Origin: Tannerellaceae bacterium
GTDB taxonomy: Bacteria > Bacteroidota > Bacteroidia > Bacteroidales > Tannerellaceae
Direction of reading: 5' to 3'
Length of the DNA stretch: 64,000 nt
Assembly (NCBI GenBank): GCA_021201865.1
Contig: JAJQEE010000112.1
Location: forward strand, 481-64,480
Part shown: piece by piece, positions 1 to 10,403 of the stretch
How the letters are laid out: every line of letters starts with the position of its first letter
How positions within the stretch are numbered: the first letter of the stretch is position 1
Notes under the pieces: model-generated
The model's database searches: none
Told to the model about the DNA's origin: nothing
The model's input: the letters and a program-made list of their open reading frames with translations, nothing else
Translations under genes and position numbers: made by a program

Positions 1-2696
1 GAAGAGGATGTTCAGCGCCTCGATGATGTGGTAGTAGTCGGATATGCCGTTGGAAATAAACGTTCTATTTCCGGTGCTGTAGAAAGAGTAAAGAAAGAGG
101 ATATGAATCAGGGGGTGATTACACAACCATTAGATGGATTGAAAGGGAAAGTAGCTGGTGTGGTCATCAGTAATGTCGGTGGAGATCCAACCGGTGATTT
201 AAATATCCGGGTTCGTGGTACTACCTCTCTTTCCGGTGGTAATGATCCACTGGTGATTATCGATGGCGTTTTTGGGGATATGGCTATGTTAAATGCGATC
301 TCCCCTTCGGATATTGAATCTATGACTATTCTGAAAGATGCCTCTGAAACAGCTCAGTATGGTAGCCGGGGAGCATCCGGAGTGATTGTTGTAACAACTG
401 CCCGGGGTACTGCTGGCTTTGCACAGGTTGAATACAACGGGACTTTTGGTGTTAATACGGTTTATAAGACGCTGGATATGCTGAGTGCAGCAGAGTGGCG
501 GGCTGGTGTTTCAGCTTTAGGTGTAAATGGAAATGATATGGGTGGGAATACAAACTGGTTTGATGAGATCACCCGGAATACAATCACCCATACACATAAT
601 TTATCGATCAGTAGCGGAAGTGAAATCTCAAACTTCAGAGCTTCCTTAGGGGTGATAGATCGTCCGGGATTGTTGATCAATTCAGGAACACGTAATTACA
701 CAGCTAAGATTGATGCCAGCCAGTATGCATTTGATAAAAAACTGAAATTAGATATCGGTATGTTCGGTTCCCGCCGTGAAGGAGACCATCAATATGATAT
801 TTATCGTACGTTTTATTCGGCAGCCTCCTATAATCCTACTTATCCTAACTACAAAAATGAAAATGGAGTCTGGGATGAGGATTTAACGGCCATAGAAGTA
901 TATAATCCATTAGGTATGATGGATGTAACCAACAAAAGGGTATCTTCTCACATAAATGCACATGCCAGCCTGAATTATGAAATTATAAAAGGATTAAATC
1001 TGTTAGGATTTGGTTCCTATACTTACTATTCATGGAACGACCGGTTATATATTCCCAATGATATCCAGCAGGGAGTTACTAACGGAAATGGACGGGCTTG
1101 TTTAATTAACCGGGAAAGAAGTGATCTGATGGGAAATCTTCAGTTGAATTTCAACCGGGATTTTGGTAAACATTCTATTAATGCACTTGCCTTACTGGAA
1201 GCCCAGAAACAATCTTATTTCGGATCCGAAAGTAATGCCCGTGGATTTGAAACCAATTATTTTACCTATAATAATATGAAGGCCGGAGCAAATGTGAAAT
1301 GGGGAGATGTGACTTCTGAAGCGAAAGATTATAATATCCTTTCTTATATGGCCCGTATCAATTATATGTATGATGGTAAATATGTAGTAACAGGAAATGT
1401 TCGCCGGGATGGTTCTTCTAAACTGGGTTCCAACAATAAATGGGGCTTCTTCCCTTCTGCTTCTGCGGCATGGATTGTATCCAATGAATCCTTTATGCAG
1501 GAACTATCACAGATTAGTACCCTGAAGTTACGGGTAGGCTATGGGGTGACCGGAAACCAGGATTTAATAGATCCCTATCAGTCCTTACAACTTATGGAAC
1601 CAAACGGAACTACATTAGTAGATGGATCACCTACTACCACTTTTGCCATTGCTTCTAACGCGAATCCGGATCTTCGTTGGGAGAAGAAATATACATTTGA
1701 TGTAGGATTGGATTTGAACATGTTTGATGCCCGTCTACGACTGACCGCAGACTACTATGCTTCCCGGACTAAAGATATGCTATATAAATATAAAGTTCCT
1801 GTGCCTCCGTTTGTTTATACGGACATGTTGGCCAATCTGGGTGAAATGTCTAATAACGGAGTGGAATTAGCAGTAAGTGGGGATATTGTCCGTACAAAAG
1901 ATTTCGGCTTCTCGATGGGGGTCAATCTGGCTTTCCAGAGAAATAAAGTCATTTCATTAAGCGGAACCTACATGGGTACGGAATTTACAACCAGTGAGTA
2001 TGTAGCCCTCTCCCGGGTCAATGCATCCGGCCTGACACAATATTCTGATGTAACTTATCTGACCGAAGGACAACCAGTCGGGATATTTTATATTCCTAAG
2101 TTTGTAGGTTTTGTAGATACAGACGGAAAAAAATGTATGATTTAGCAGATTTGAACGGAGATGGTTCAGTGGATCTTTCAGATACCGGTGGAGACCGTTA
2201 CATTGCAGGGCAGGCTATGCCAAAAACGTATTTAGGGGCCCATTTTAACTTCAGATATAAAAACTTTGATCTGACCACCCAGTTAAACGGAGCCTTTGGA
2301 CATCATATTTATAATGGAACCAGTATGACATTTAATAATATGGCTTTGTTCCCCACTTATAATGTGATGCAGGGAGCGATAGAAAATAGTATTTATGATA
2401 TAAAAATATCGGATTACTGGTTAGAAAAAGGAGATTACGTAAATATTGAATATATCACCTTAGGGTATAATTTACCGGTGAAAAAGTATAATATAAAATA
2501 TCTGAAAGAATTACGTATTGCATTCTCTGTAAATAATGTGGCAACTATCACCGGATATTCAGGAATGACACCGATGATCAACTCTGTGAATGTGGCGTCG
2601 TCTTCTGCTGTATCCAATAGTACGATCGGACTGGATGACAAACTGATTTATCCGTTAAATCGTACCTATTCTTTCACGCTGGGTGTAAAATTCTAA
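1..2696 (+). pseudogene. SusC-like TonB-dependent outer-membrane transporter. The 5' end lies outside the window. The frame is broken at A7 run 2127-2133, probably a 1-nt homopolymer undercall.
   Basis: Frame 1 is open from nt 1 (..LDDVVVVGYAVG..). ORFs 28-2145 and 2133-2696 are consecutive parts of one SusC/RagA-type protein, with plug motifs IIDG and YGSRGASGVIVV and a C-terminal ..YSFTLGVKF. Adding one A gives ..DTDGKKMYDLADLNGDGSVD... A SusD gene follows. Confidence 0.9.
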
Positions 2697-2769
2697 ATGT
2701 TAACTCAGACAGATCTGAATAAAGAATAAAAGAACTTTACTTCTATCTGTTATTAAATTATATATCTAT

Positions 2770-4455
2770 ATGAAAAAAATTATATTAGCCTCTATAGTGT
2801 TAGCTGGTTTTTTCTCCGGCTGTTCAGATTTTCTGGAAGAGAATCCTAAAAGTGGTATTCCTAAAGAAGATGCTTTTGAAAGTTCCACATTAGTCTATGT
2901 AAATACGGTTGCTACCATTTATTCCTCTTTCCAGAATTATCTCTATGGATCAACGGATAACATTCATTATTTACAGGAATTCAGTTCAGACTCCTGGATT
3001 CTGCCGGGACGTGGAGCGGACTGGGTAGATGGTGGAAAACATCAGGCTATGTTTCTCCATAGCTATGATGTGGGACATGGAACGGTTGCTACGACCTGGA
3101 ACCAATTATATGAGGTGATAGGTAAATGTAATACTTCTATTGATGACCTGCAGGAATTTATTGATGCCGGAGGAGAAGATTTCCTGTTGGAATATCAATA
3201 TGAAGTCCGTACGATCCGTGCTATTTTTTACTACTTCCTGGCGGATATATTTGGCCGGGTACCTTTAGTTACTTCTTCACAGACAACCATGTCAGAAGTT
3301 GCACAATCTTCCCGTAGTGAAGTCTACCAGTTTGCACTGGATGAACTGATTGAAGCCATCCCTTATCTTGCAAGTGCTAAATGCCAGAATTCCGGATTAT
3401 ATTACGGACGTATGACCAAAGCGGTTGGATATATGGCCATTGCTAAACTTGCTCTAAACAGTCCTGTTTTCACAAAAGATAACTGGACCGATGGTACCTT
3501 AGTGGGTGGAATAGATAAAGTGGCTCCCTGGGTAACAGAACAGGGAAAGAATATTCAGATCACATTAGATGGAACAACCCGCAATGCCTGGGAAACGGTC
3601 ATTTACTGCCAGCAAAAAATTGCGGAAGAAGGCTACTCATTACAACCTAATTTCATAGATAACTTTACAAAAACAAATGATAGCTCAGTGGAGAATATCT
3701 GGACGCAACCCAGTGATGGGACTACTTATCTGGTAGAAAATTACAACCAAAAGCGGACACTGCATTCCCAGCACGCAGGTGCTTATAATGTAGAAGGATG
3801 GAACGGAGCCTGTTCAACTGTTGAACAGATGTTGGTGTTTGGTTATGGTACAGAAAATCAGGATCCACGTCTGGATATGACCTTCTTCCATGGAGAAATA
3901 TCTGTTAACGGGCAAGTACTGCCTTCTGGATTAGGAGATGGTAAAAATTTGGTTTACAACCCTATGAGCGTAATAGTAAACTTTGAACCTACGGATGATG
4001 ATTATACGATGAAAATGGCGGGTGCCCGTTTGGCTAAATATGAAATTGACAATACGACCTCTGATGACCTATATCATAATAATGATAAAGTCTACTGGCG
4101 TTATGCGGATGCTCTCCTGATGGCTGCCGAAGCGAAAATCCGGTTAGGGCAAAGTGGAGACATGGAAGTAAATATGGTGAGAGATCGTGTGGGAGCCTCT
4201 TCAAAATCCGGTGTAACACTAAAAGATATTCTGGATGAAAGAATGATGGAATTCTCTTACGAAGGAATGAGAAGACAGGATCAGGTTCGCTTTGGTACTT
4301 ATGCTGAAGCAATTGCAGATAGATACGTAGGTGTTAAGCATGACCGTTCAGCAGGTGACTATCCGGACGATAAAACTGGTTATACTACTGTATTCCCTAT
4401 ACCACAGACCGTAATTCAGTTAAATACTAATTTAACTCAAAACGCCGGATATTAA
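2770..4455 (+). CDS. SusD/RagB-family outer-membrane lipoprotein (glycan-binding partner of the upstream SusC)
   Basis: 561 aa. Lipoprotein signal MKKIILASIVLAGFFSGCSDFLEE. The SusD-like N-terminus and length fit the family, and it lies directly downstream of SusC. Confidence 0.9.
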   Translation: MKKIILASIVLAGFFSGCSDFLEENPKSGIPKEDAFESSTLVYVNTVATIYSSFQNYLYGSTDNIHYLQEFSSDSWILPGRGADWVDGGKHQAMFLHSYDVGHGTVATTWNQLYEVIGKCNTSIDDLQEFIDAGGEDFLLEYQYEVRTIRAIFYYFLADIFGRVPLVTSSQTTMSEVAQSSRSEVYQFALDELIEAIPYLASAKCQNSGLYYGRMTKAVGYMAIAKLALNSPVFTKDNWTDGTLVGGIDKVAPWVTEQGKNIQITLDGTTRNAWETVIYCQQKIAEEGYSLQPNFIDNFTKTNDSSVENIWTQPSDGTTYLVENYNQKRTLHSQHAGAYNVEGWNGACSTVEQMLVFGYGTENQDPRLDMTFFHGEISVNGQVLPSGLGDGKNLVYNPMSVIVNFEPTDDDYTMKMAGARLAKYEIDNTTSDDLYHNNDKVYWRYADALLMAAEAKIRLGQSGDMEVNMVRDRVGASSKSGVTLKDILDERMMEFSYEGMRRQDQVRFGTYAEAIADRYVGVKHDRSAGDYPDDKTGYTTVFPIPQTVIQLNTNLTQNAGY

Positions 4456-4631
4456 TCCTTTTTCCCTTTGCATAATCGCTATTACTTAATTTTATGATTA
4501 TCTTTGGAATTGAATTTTCGGGCATTGATCATAGGATAGAGATCCTATGGTTTATGCCTGAAATATTCTGAGGAACACTAATGAAGTATTTTACGGATGT
4601 AGAATATAATTTTTTTATTAACTAATAATTT

Positions 4632-7538
4632 ATGAGAACACTATCTTTTTTAGTATGTGGACTACTCCTTGGTATGCCCTCTTGGGGACAGGGGAAGTGG
4701 AAAGAGCTTCCGAATGGAGTAGAAATATCACTACCCACTAATGAGCCGAACCAGACCAAAACGGTTCGTATGCAGGTTTTAAACGATGACATTATTCAGG
4801 TGATTGCTGTCCCTGAAGATAGAATTCCGGACAAACAAAGTCTGATCCGTGTGGCTCCCCTGGAATCGCATGCCATCTGGTCTGCTATGCCGGAGGGAGA
4901 TTCCCTGATCGTGGCTACTCAAAATGTAAGAGCGGCTGTCAGCCTGAAGACAGGAGAGGTTGCTTTCTATGATCAGAAAAATGGGGAGTTGCTGTTGAAA
5001 GAAAGTAATCAGGGGAAAAAGTTTACCCCTATGGAAATCGATGGCGAACAGGCATATTCAACTTACCAGAAGTTTGACTCCCCGGAAGATGAAGCTTTCT
5101 ATGGGTTGGGACAACATCAATCAGATGAATATAACTACAAAGGAAAGAACGAAGAACTATTCCAGTATAATACAAAGATCTCCGTTCCTTTCGTCGTCTC
5201 CTCCAAAAACTATGGCGTGTTGTTTGACAACTATTCTTTCTCCCGTTTCGGTGATGAACGTCCGTATCAGAACCTGGATGTATTCAAACTATACGATAAA
5301 GATGGAAAAGAAGGAGGTCTGACGGCCCGCTATTACAAAGATGGCGGTAATGAACTGTTTGCCGAACGGACAGAAAGCCGTATCGATTACGAAACACTCT
5401 TTACTCATCACTGGATACCGGAAAGTTTCAATCCTGAAAATGAAACATTCGACCAATTCCCGGAAGGATACAGATTCCGTAATAGCTCTGCGACCTGGGA
5501 GGGTGAGATCGAAGCTACTGAATCCGGTATTCACCACTTCAAATTATATTACGGAGCTTATACCAAAGTCTATCTGGATAATAAACTGGTGGTGGAAGAG
5601 CGCTGGCGTCCGGCATGGAACCCGAACAGCGTGAAATTCACCGCAGATCTGGAAGCCGGAAAAAAAGTGCCTTTGCGTATTGAGTGGAAAGATGGAGGTG
5701 GTTCTTATATCGGTCTGAAGGTCTTAACCCCTCGTCCGGAGGAAGAGGTGCAAAAGTTGTCCATGTGGTCTGAAATGGGCAATGAAATCGATTATTATTT
5801 CGTTCGCGGAGATAATATGGATGACGTGATCTCCGGTTACCGCTATATCACAGGTAAAGCTCCGATCATGCCGGAGTGGGTCATGGGATTCTGGCAAAGC
5901 CGCGAAAGATATGTAACCCAGGATGAACTGGTAGGTGCACTGGCTGAACTCAGAAAGCGTAAAATGGGTGTGGATAACATTGTCCAGGACTGGTCTTACT
6001 GGGAAGTAGACAAATGGGGTAGTCATGAATTTGACAAAGAACGTTTCCCGGATCCGAAAGGAATGGTGGATGCCGTTCATGATATGAACGCCAAGATCAT
6101 GATCTCCGTATGGCCTAAATTCTATCCGATGGTTGATAACTATAAAGATCTGGATGCTAATGGCTGGATCTATCGCCGTGCGATCGATGATGGAATTCTG
6201 GACTTTATTGGTGACGGATATCCGGCTACTTTCTATGATGCGTATGCCGCAGGTGCCCGTAAAATGTTCTGGGATCAGATGGATAAAAACCTGTATAGCC
6301 TGGGTATTGATGCCTGGTGGATGGATGCTTCTGAGCCAAACGTGAAGGACTGTGCACCTCATTCATATCAGAAATTATTGATTGGCCCAACCGCATTAGG
6401 TTCATCTACCCGTTTCTATAACACCTATTCTTTAGTAAATGCAAAAGCAATCTATCAGGGACAAAGAAGCAAAAACCCGAATGATCGTGTATTCCTGTTG
6501 ACCCGTTCCGGATTTGCCGGTCTGCAACGTTACTCAACAGCCACATGGAGTGGTGATATCGGTACCCGTTGGGAAGAGATGAAAGCACAGATCTCTGCCG
6601 GTTTGAATTTTGCCGTTTCCGGTATTCCTTATTGGACCATGGACATCGGTGGATTCTGTGTGGAATCCCGTTATATGATGGCCCAAAGAGAATTTGATGA
6701 AAAGGGAATTGAAAATGATGACCTGAAAGAATGGAGGGAACTGAATGCACGCTGGTATCAGTTCGGTACATTTACTCCGCTCTATCGTGCACACGGACAA
6801 TATCCAAGAAGAGAGATTTATAATATTGCTCCGGACGATCATCCTGCTTATAAAACGATCATGTACTATAACAGACTTCGTTATGATATGATGCCTTATA
6901 TCTATTCGCTGGCAGGTAAAACCTATTTCGATGATTACACCATCATGCGTCCGTTAGTAATGGATTATAATAATGATGTAAATGTCAGAAATAATTCTAC
7001 TCAGTATATGTTCGGGCCTTCTCTGATGGTTGCCCCGGTATATGAGTACCAGGCTACTGCAAGAGACGTTTATTTCCCGGCAGGTACAAACTGGTATGAT
7101 TTCTATACCGGTAAGATCTATACTGGTGGTAAAAGTGAAAAGATTGATGCACCCTACGAACGGATGCCTATGTTCGTTCCGGAAGGTGGTATCCTGTTGT
7201 ATGGTCCCGAGATCTATTATGTAGGTGAAAAGAAACCGACAGAGATCGATGTGTATGTCTATGCAGGTAAGGATGGTTCATTCTATCTGTATGAAGATGA
7301 AGGAACCAATTACAATTACGAAAAAGGCGCCTTCTCAAAAATTGATTTCAATTATAATGAAGCAGATAAAACATTGACTATCGGTGGCCGCGTAGGTTCT
7401 TATCCGGGTATGGTTGAAGACCGTACATTCAATATTATCTATGTACAGCCGAATGATCTTTCCGGTTGGGATGCCAGGAAAGCACAACCAAACCAAAGTG
7501 TAAAATATAATGGTAAAGAAGTAGTTGTAAAACTATAA
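4632..7538 (+). CDS. Glycoside hydrolase family 31 (alpha-xylosidase/alpha-glucosidase type) with an inserted PA14 domain
   Basis: 968 aa with a signal peptide. GH31 catalytic region (..GIDAWWMDASEPN.., ..WSGDI.., ..WTMDIGGF..). PA14-like insert (GGLTARYYKDG...GEIEATESGIHHFKLYYGAYTKVYLDNKLVVE...LRIEWKDGGGSYIGLKV). Confidence 0.9.
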   Translation: MRTLSFLVCGLLLGMPSWGQGKWKELPNGVEISLPTNEPNQTKTVRMQVLNDDIIQVIAVPEDRIPDKQSLIRVAPLESHAIWSAMPEGDSLIVATQNVRAAVSLKTGEVAFYDQKNGELLLKESNQGKKFTPMEIDGEQAYSTYQKFDSPEDEAFYGLGQHQSDEYNYKGKNEELFQYNTKISVPFVVSSKNYGVLFDNYSFSRFGDERPYQNLDVFKLYDKDGKEGGLTARYYKDGGNELFAERTESRIDYETLFTHHWIPESFNPENETFDQFPEGYRFRNSSATWEGEIEATESGIHHFKLYYGAYTKVYLDNKLVVEERWRPAWNPNSVKFTADLEAGKKVPLRIEWKDGGGSYIGLKVLTPRPEEEVQKLSMWSEMGNEIDYYFVRGDNMDDVISGYRYITGKAPIMPEWVMGFWQSRERYVTQDELVGALAELRKRKMGVDNIVQDWSYWEVDKWGSHEFDKERFPDPKGMVDAVHDMNAKIMISVWPKFYPMVDNYKDLDANGWIYRRAIDDGILDFIGDGYPATFYDAYAAGARKMFWDQMDKNLYSLGIDAWWMDASEPNVKDCAPHSYQKLLIGPTALGSSTRFYNTYSLVNAKAIYQGQRSKNPNDRVFLLTRSGFAGLQRYSTATWSGDIGTRWEEMKAQISAGLNFAVSGIPYWTMDIGGFCVESRYMMAQREFDEKGIENDDLKEWRELNARWYQFGTFTPLYRAHGQYPRREIYNIAPDDHPAYKTIMYYNRLRYDMMPYIYSLAGKTYFDDYTIMRPLVMDYNNDVNVRNNSTQYMFGPSLMVAPVYEYQATARDVYFPAGTNWYDFYTGKIYTGGKSEKIDAPYERMPMFVPEGGILLYGPEIYYVGEKKPTEIDVYVYAGKDGSFYLYEDEGTNYNYEKGAFSKIDFNYNEADKTLTIGGRVGSYPGMVEDRTFNIIYVQPNDLSGWDARKAQPNQSVKYNGKEVVVKL

Positions 7539-7574
7539 CAAACACCATTTTTTTCCTTACTGAAAGATAGGATG

Positions 7575-7617
7575 AATGCCGGGCGGAAATTTATTTTCTG
7601 TCCGGCATTTTGTTTTT
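7575..7617 (+). terminator. Rho-independent terminator after the GH31 gene
   Basis: Stem aatgccgggc / gtccggcatt (9 of 10 bp paired) with a 15-nt loop, followed by tttgttttt. Confidence 0.6.
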
Positions 7618-7663
7618 AGCGTCAGAAAAAGGGATCAGGTTTACACTTATAAGATGATTTTCC

Positions 7664-7671
7664 TATATTTG
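7664..7671 (+). promoter_or_regulatory. Bacteroidetes-type -7 promoter motif (TAnnTTTG)
   Basis: tatatttg lies 24 nt upstream of the ATG at 7696. Confidence 0.4.
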
Positions 7672-7695
7672 TACAAACCTAAATAATATCATAGC

Positions 7696-8580
7696 ATGAA
7701 AAACATTTCGAGAAGAACTGCAATTAAAACTGTAATGGCTGGTGGTGCAGCGATTGCAGCATCAGGAGTAAAAGCTTCTGTCCCGGATGTGGACTACGTT
7801 GTAAAGACCTCCGGCCCGTTGAAAGGAAATATCCGCCATTCCGTAAGTAAGTGGTGTTTCGGTGATATAGAACTGGACGAATTCTGTCAGATCTGTAAAA
7901 GAATAGGGATTGAATCCATCGAATTACTGGATCCGCACGAATGGCCGGTTGTGCAAAAACATGGATTGACTGTGGCCATGGCTCAGGGAGCAGGTCTGGG
8001 GATTGACAACGGATTTAATGATCCGAAGCTGCATGATGAACTGGTAGCCAGCTATGAGAAAGTCATTCCTATGGTAGCGGATGCCGGTTTGACCAATCTG
8101 ATCTGTTTTTCCGGAAAAAGAAATGGACTGACCGATCTTCAGGGATGGGAAAACTGTGAGAAAGGTTTATCCCGTATCCTTCCGATCGCGGAAAAATATA
8201 ATGTCGTATTGACAATGGAACTTCTGAACAGTATAGGCCATAAAGATTATCAATGTGACCATACTGTGTGGGGAGCTGAACTGTGCCGCCGTCTGGATTC
8301 TCCCAATTTTAAACTGTTGTATGATATCTATCACATGCAAATCATGGAAGGAAATATCATTGAGCATATTCGTAAATATCATCCATATTTCTCTCATATC
8401 CATACCGGAGGAAATCCGGGACGGAATGAGATAGATGAAACTCAGGAGATCTATTACCCTGCAGTCATGAAAGCAATTGTGGAGACCGGCTATAAAGGTT
8501 TCGTAGGGCAGGAATTCGTCCCCAAACAACCGGACAAAATTGCTTCCTTAGAAAAATGTATACGTATTTGTGACGTATAA
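7696..8580 (+). CDS. Hydroxypyruvate-isomerase-like / sugar-phosphate isomerase-epimerase TIM-barrel protein with a twin-arginine signal
   Basis: 294 aa. N-terminus MKNISRRTAIKTVMAGGAAIAASG (RR + hydrophobic stretch). Xylose-isomerase-like TIM-barrel motifs (..MELLNS..DY.CDH..LLYDIYHMQIMEG..HTGGNPGRNEIDETQE..), ending ..IRICDV. Confidence 0.75.
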   Translation: MKNISRRTAIKTVMAGGAAIAASGVKASVPDVDYVVKTSGPLKGNIRHSVSKWCFGDIELDEFCQICKRIGIESIELLDPHEWPVVQKHGLTVAMAQGAGLGIDNGFNDPKLHDELVASYEKVIPMVADAGLTNLICFSGKRNGLTDLQGWENCEKGLSRILPIAEKYNVVLTMELLNSIGHKDYQCDHTVWGAELCRRLDSPNFKLLYDIYHMQIMEGNIIEHIRKYHPYFSHIHTGGNPGRNEIDETQEIYYPAVMKAIVETGYKGFVGQEFVPKQPDKIASLEKCIRICDV

Positions 8581-8633
8581 AATTATTTACAGAAAAATAT
8601 AAAAGTAAAATATATTTTCCTGTAGGGAAAAAA

Positions 8634-8801
8634 GAAATAGCCCAGGGCTGAGCGAAGCGATTCCCTGGGTTGGAGCCATGAGATAGCCGAACCTTGAAAA
8701 GGTTCCACAAATAGATAATTTATCCTATGCAACCCATTTCAGGGTTGAGGAGTATGGATATTCTACCCGGGGTGTCGCTACGCTCTACCCCGGGCTATTT
8801 C
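8634..8801. repeat. Degenerate palindromic intergenic repeat (family D, copy 1)
   Basis: The left end gaaatagcccagggctgagcgaagcgattccctgggttgg matches the reverse complement of the right end, gaaatagcccggggtagagcgtagcgacaccccgggtagaa. Internal mini-hairpins are gaaccttgaaaaggttc and caacccatttcagggttg. It shares the cccagggctgagcgaagcga module with 58048-58309. Confidence 0.7.
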
Positions 8802-8921
8802 TTTATCCCCTTTGGGAATCTCCTACCTTTTGTTTTTATCTTATTTATTTTTTTGATTCTTATTCATTATTTTGTTCCGGACCATCTCTTTGAAATACTT
8901 CTCTAAAGAAATAAATATTAC

Positions 8922-8929
8922 TACCTTTG
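8922..8929 (+). promoter_or_regulatory. Bacteroidetes-type -7 promoter motif (TAnnTTTG) for trpS
   Basis: tacctttg lies 27 nt upstream of the ATG at 8957. A TTTG sits about 31 nt further upstream (-33-like). Confidence 0.4.
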
Positions 8930-8956
8930 CAGGCATTGAAAATTTAATATACAACG

Positions 8957-10000
8957 ATGGAAATAGTAGTTAGTGGTATCAGACCTACCGGTAATTTACA
9001 TTTGGGGAATTACTTCGGAGCCGTGAAGAGTTTTGTGGAGTTACAAAAAGAATATAACTGTTTTTTCTTTATTGCAGACTGGCATTCCCTGACCACACAT
9101 TTACAACCTGAAAATATCCGTAGAAGTGTCAAAACCATTCTGGCAGAATATCTCGCCTGTGGGATTGATCCGGAAAAAGCGACCATCTATATACAGAGTG
9201 ATGTGCGTGAAGTGGCGGAATTATATCTGTACCTGAATATGAATGCAGGGATCGGTGAGTTGATGCGTACCACCTCATTTAAAGAGAAGGCCCGTCAACA
9301 ACTACGGATCAGTAATACGGATGCCAGTATAGAGAAAGAGATCTTCAATGAAAATAATAAGCACAGTGTAAATGCCGGATTATTGACCTATCCGACACTG
9401 ATGTGTGCAGATATTATCATTCATAAAGCTGTAAAAGTTCCGGTAGGAAAAGACCAGGAACAGAATATGGAGATGGCCCGTCGTTTTGCCCGTCGTTTCA
9501 ATGCTACTTATCATACGGAACTTTTCCCGGAGCCAGCCTCTTTCCACCTGTCAAATAAAGCTTTAAAGGTTCCCGGACTGGATGGATCCGGAAAGATGGG
9601 AAAAAGTGAAGGAAATGCGATCTATCTGATCGATGATGAAAAAACGATCCGTAAAAAAGTAATGAAAGCAGTGAGTGATGCAGGCCCGACTGAGCCTAAC
9701 AGCGAAAAGCCGGAAGCCATTCAAAACCTTTTTACATTGATGGAGATTGTTTCTGCAAAAGACACCTACGACTTTTTCAATGATAAATATAACAACTGTG
9801 AGATCCGTTACGGAGATATGAAAAAACAGTTGGCGGAAGATATTAATCTGTTCTGTGCTCCTATCCGGGAGAAGATCAATGATATTCTGGCCGATGAAGT
9901 TTATTTAGATAAAGTAGCTCGTTTAGGAGCAGAAAAAGCCAGTGAAAGTGCAGCTAAAACATTAAAAGAGGTTCGGGAGATCATAGGTTTCCGCCCTTAA
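8957..10000 (+). CDS. trpS: Tryptophan--tRNA ligase
   Basis: 347 aa. Class I motifs TGNLHLGNYFGA (HIGH-like) and KMGKS (KMSKS), with a TrpRS-like N-terminus (SGIRPTG..FIADWHSLTT). Confidence 0.93.
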   Translation: MEIVVSGIRPTGNLHLGNYFGAVKSFVELQKEYNCFFFIADWHSLTTHLQPENIRRSVKTILAEYLACGIDPEKATIYIQSDVREVAELYLYLNMNAGIGELMRTTSFKEKARQQLRISNTDASIEKEIFNENNKHSVNAGLLTYPTLMCADIIIHKAVKVPVGKDQEQNMEMARRFARRFNATYHTELFPEPASFHLSNKALKVPGLDGSGKMGKSEGNAIYLIDDEKTIRKKVMKAVSDAGPTEPNSEKPEAIQNLFTLMEIVSAKDTYDFFNDKYNNCEIRYGDMKKQLAEDINLFCAPIREKINDILADEVYLDKVARLGAEKASESAAKTLKEVREIIGFRP

Positions 10001-10015
10001 AAACGAATAATTTTT

Positions 10016-10214
10016 AAGTCCTGAAGGGACGGCATAGGTTAGCCTGGGACGCAAGTCCCAGGTACAGGGATATATAAATTGAGTGCTGAAAGTACGGTAC
10101 AATTTCAACAAACCGAATGTTTATAAAATAGGGGTGTACTTACAGCACACCCTCGGGGGTCTTTATACCTGGGACTTGCGTCCCAGGCTAATTTATACCG
10201 TCCCTTCAGGACTT
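10016..10214. repeat. 199-bp nested palindromic intergenic repeat (family C, copy 1), MITE/REP-like
   Basis: Arms are aagtcctgaagggacggcataggttagcctgggacgcaagtcccaggta and the reverse complement of tacctgggacttgcgtcccaggctaatttataccgtcccttcaggactt (3 mismatches). There is an inner stem gtgctgaaagtac / gtacttacagcac. A second copy lies at 22300-22510. Confidence 0.85.
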
Positions 10215-10403
10215 TAGGAATCAAAGATCTGCCTTAATCGTAATTCTTATTTCAAATCTCATCTCTCACCTTTCACCCCACTCAATTCATATCTGACAAC
10301 GTAATCATTTAATAATGTTTGGTAAATAAACTGAAATTTTATGGCTGGCTAAATAAAACCATCTACATTGCGTCACGTAGAAACGTAGGATAATTACGAA
10401 CGT

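Noticed and set aside
5724-6362. Long antisense or alternative-frame ORFs inside well-supported genes (for example 5724-6362, 14252-14689, 43970-44560, 54663-55121, 61676-62374).
   Set aside because: These are shadow ORFs opposite or overlapping genes with strong family signatures. I recognise no motifs in them, and their composition is typical of antisense frames.
8465-8710. ORFs inside the palindromic repeats (8465-8710, 22357-22557, 22406-22627) as small protein genes.
   Set aside because: They lie entirely or largely within repeat arms, on both strands of the same palindrome. They have no start context or promoter motif, and their sequence is dictated by the hairpin modules. They are by-products of the repeats.
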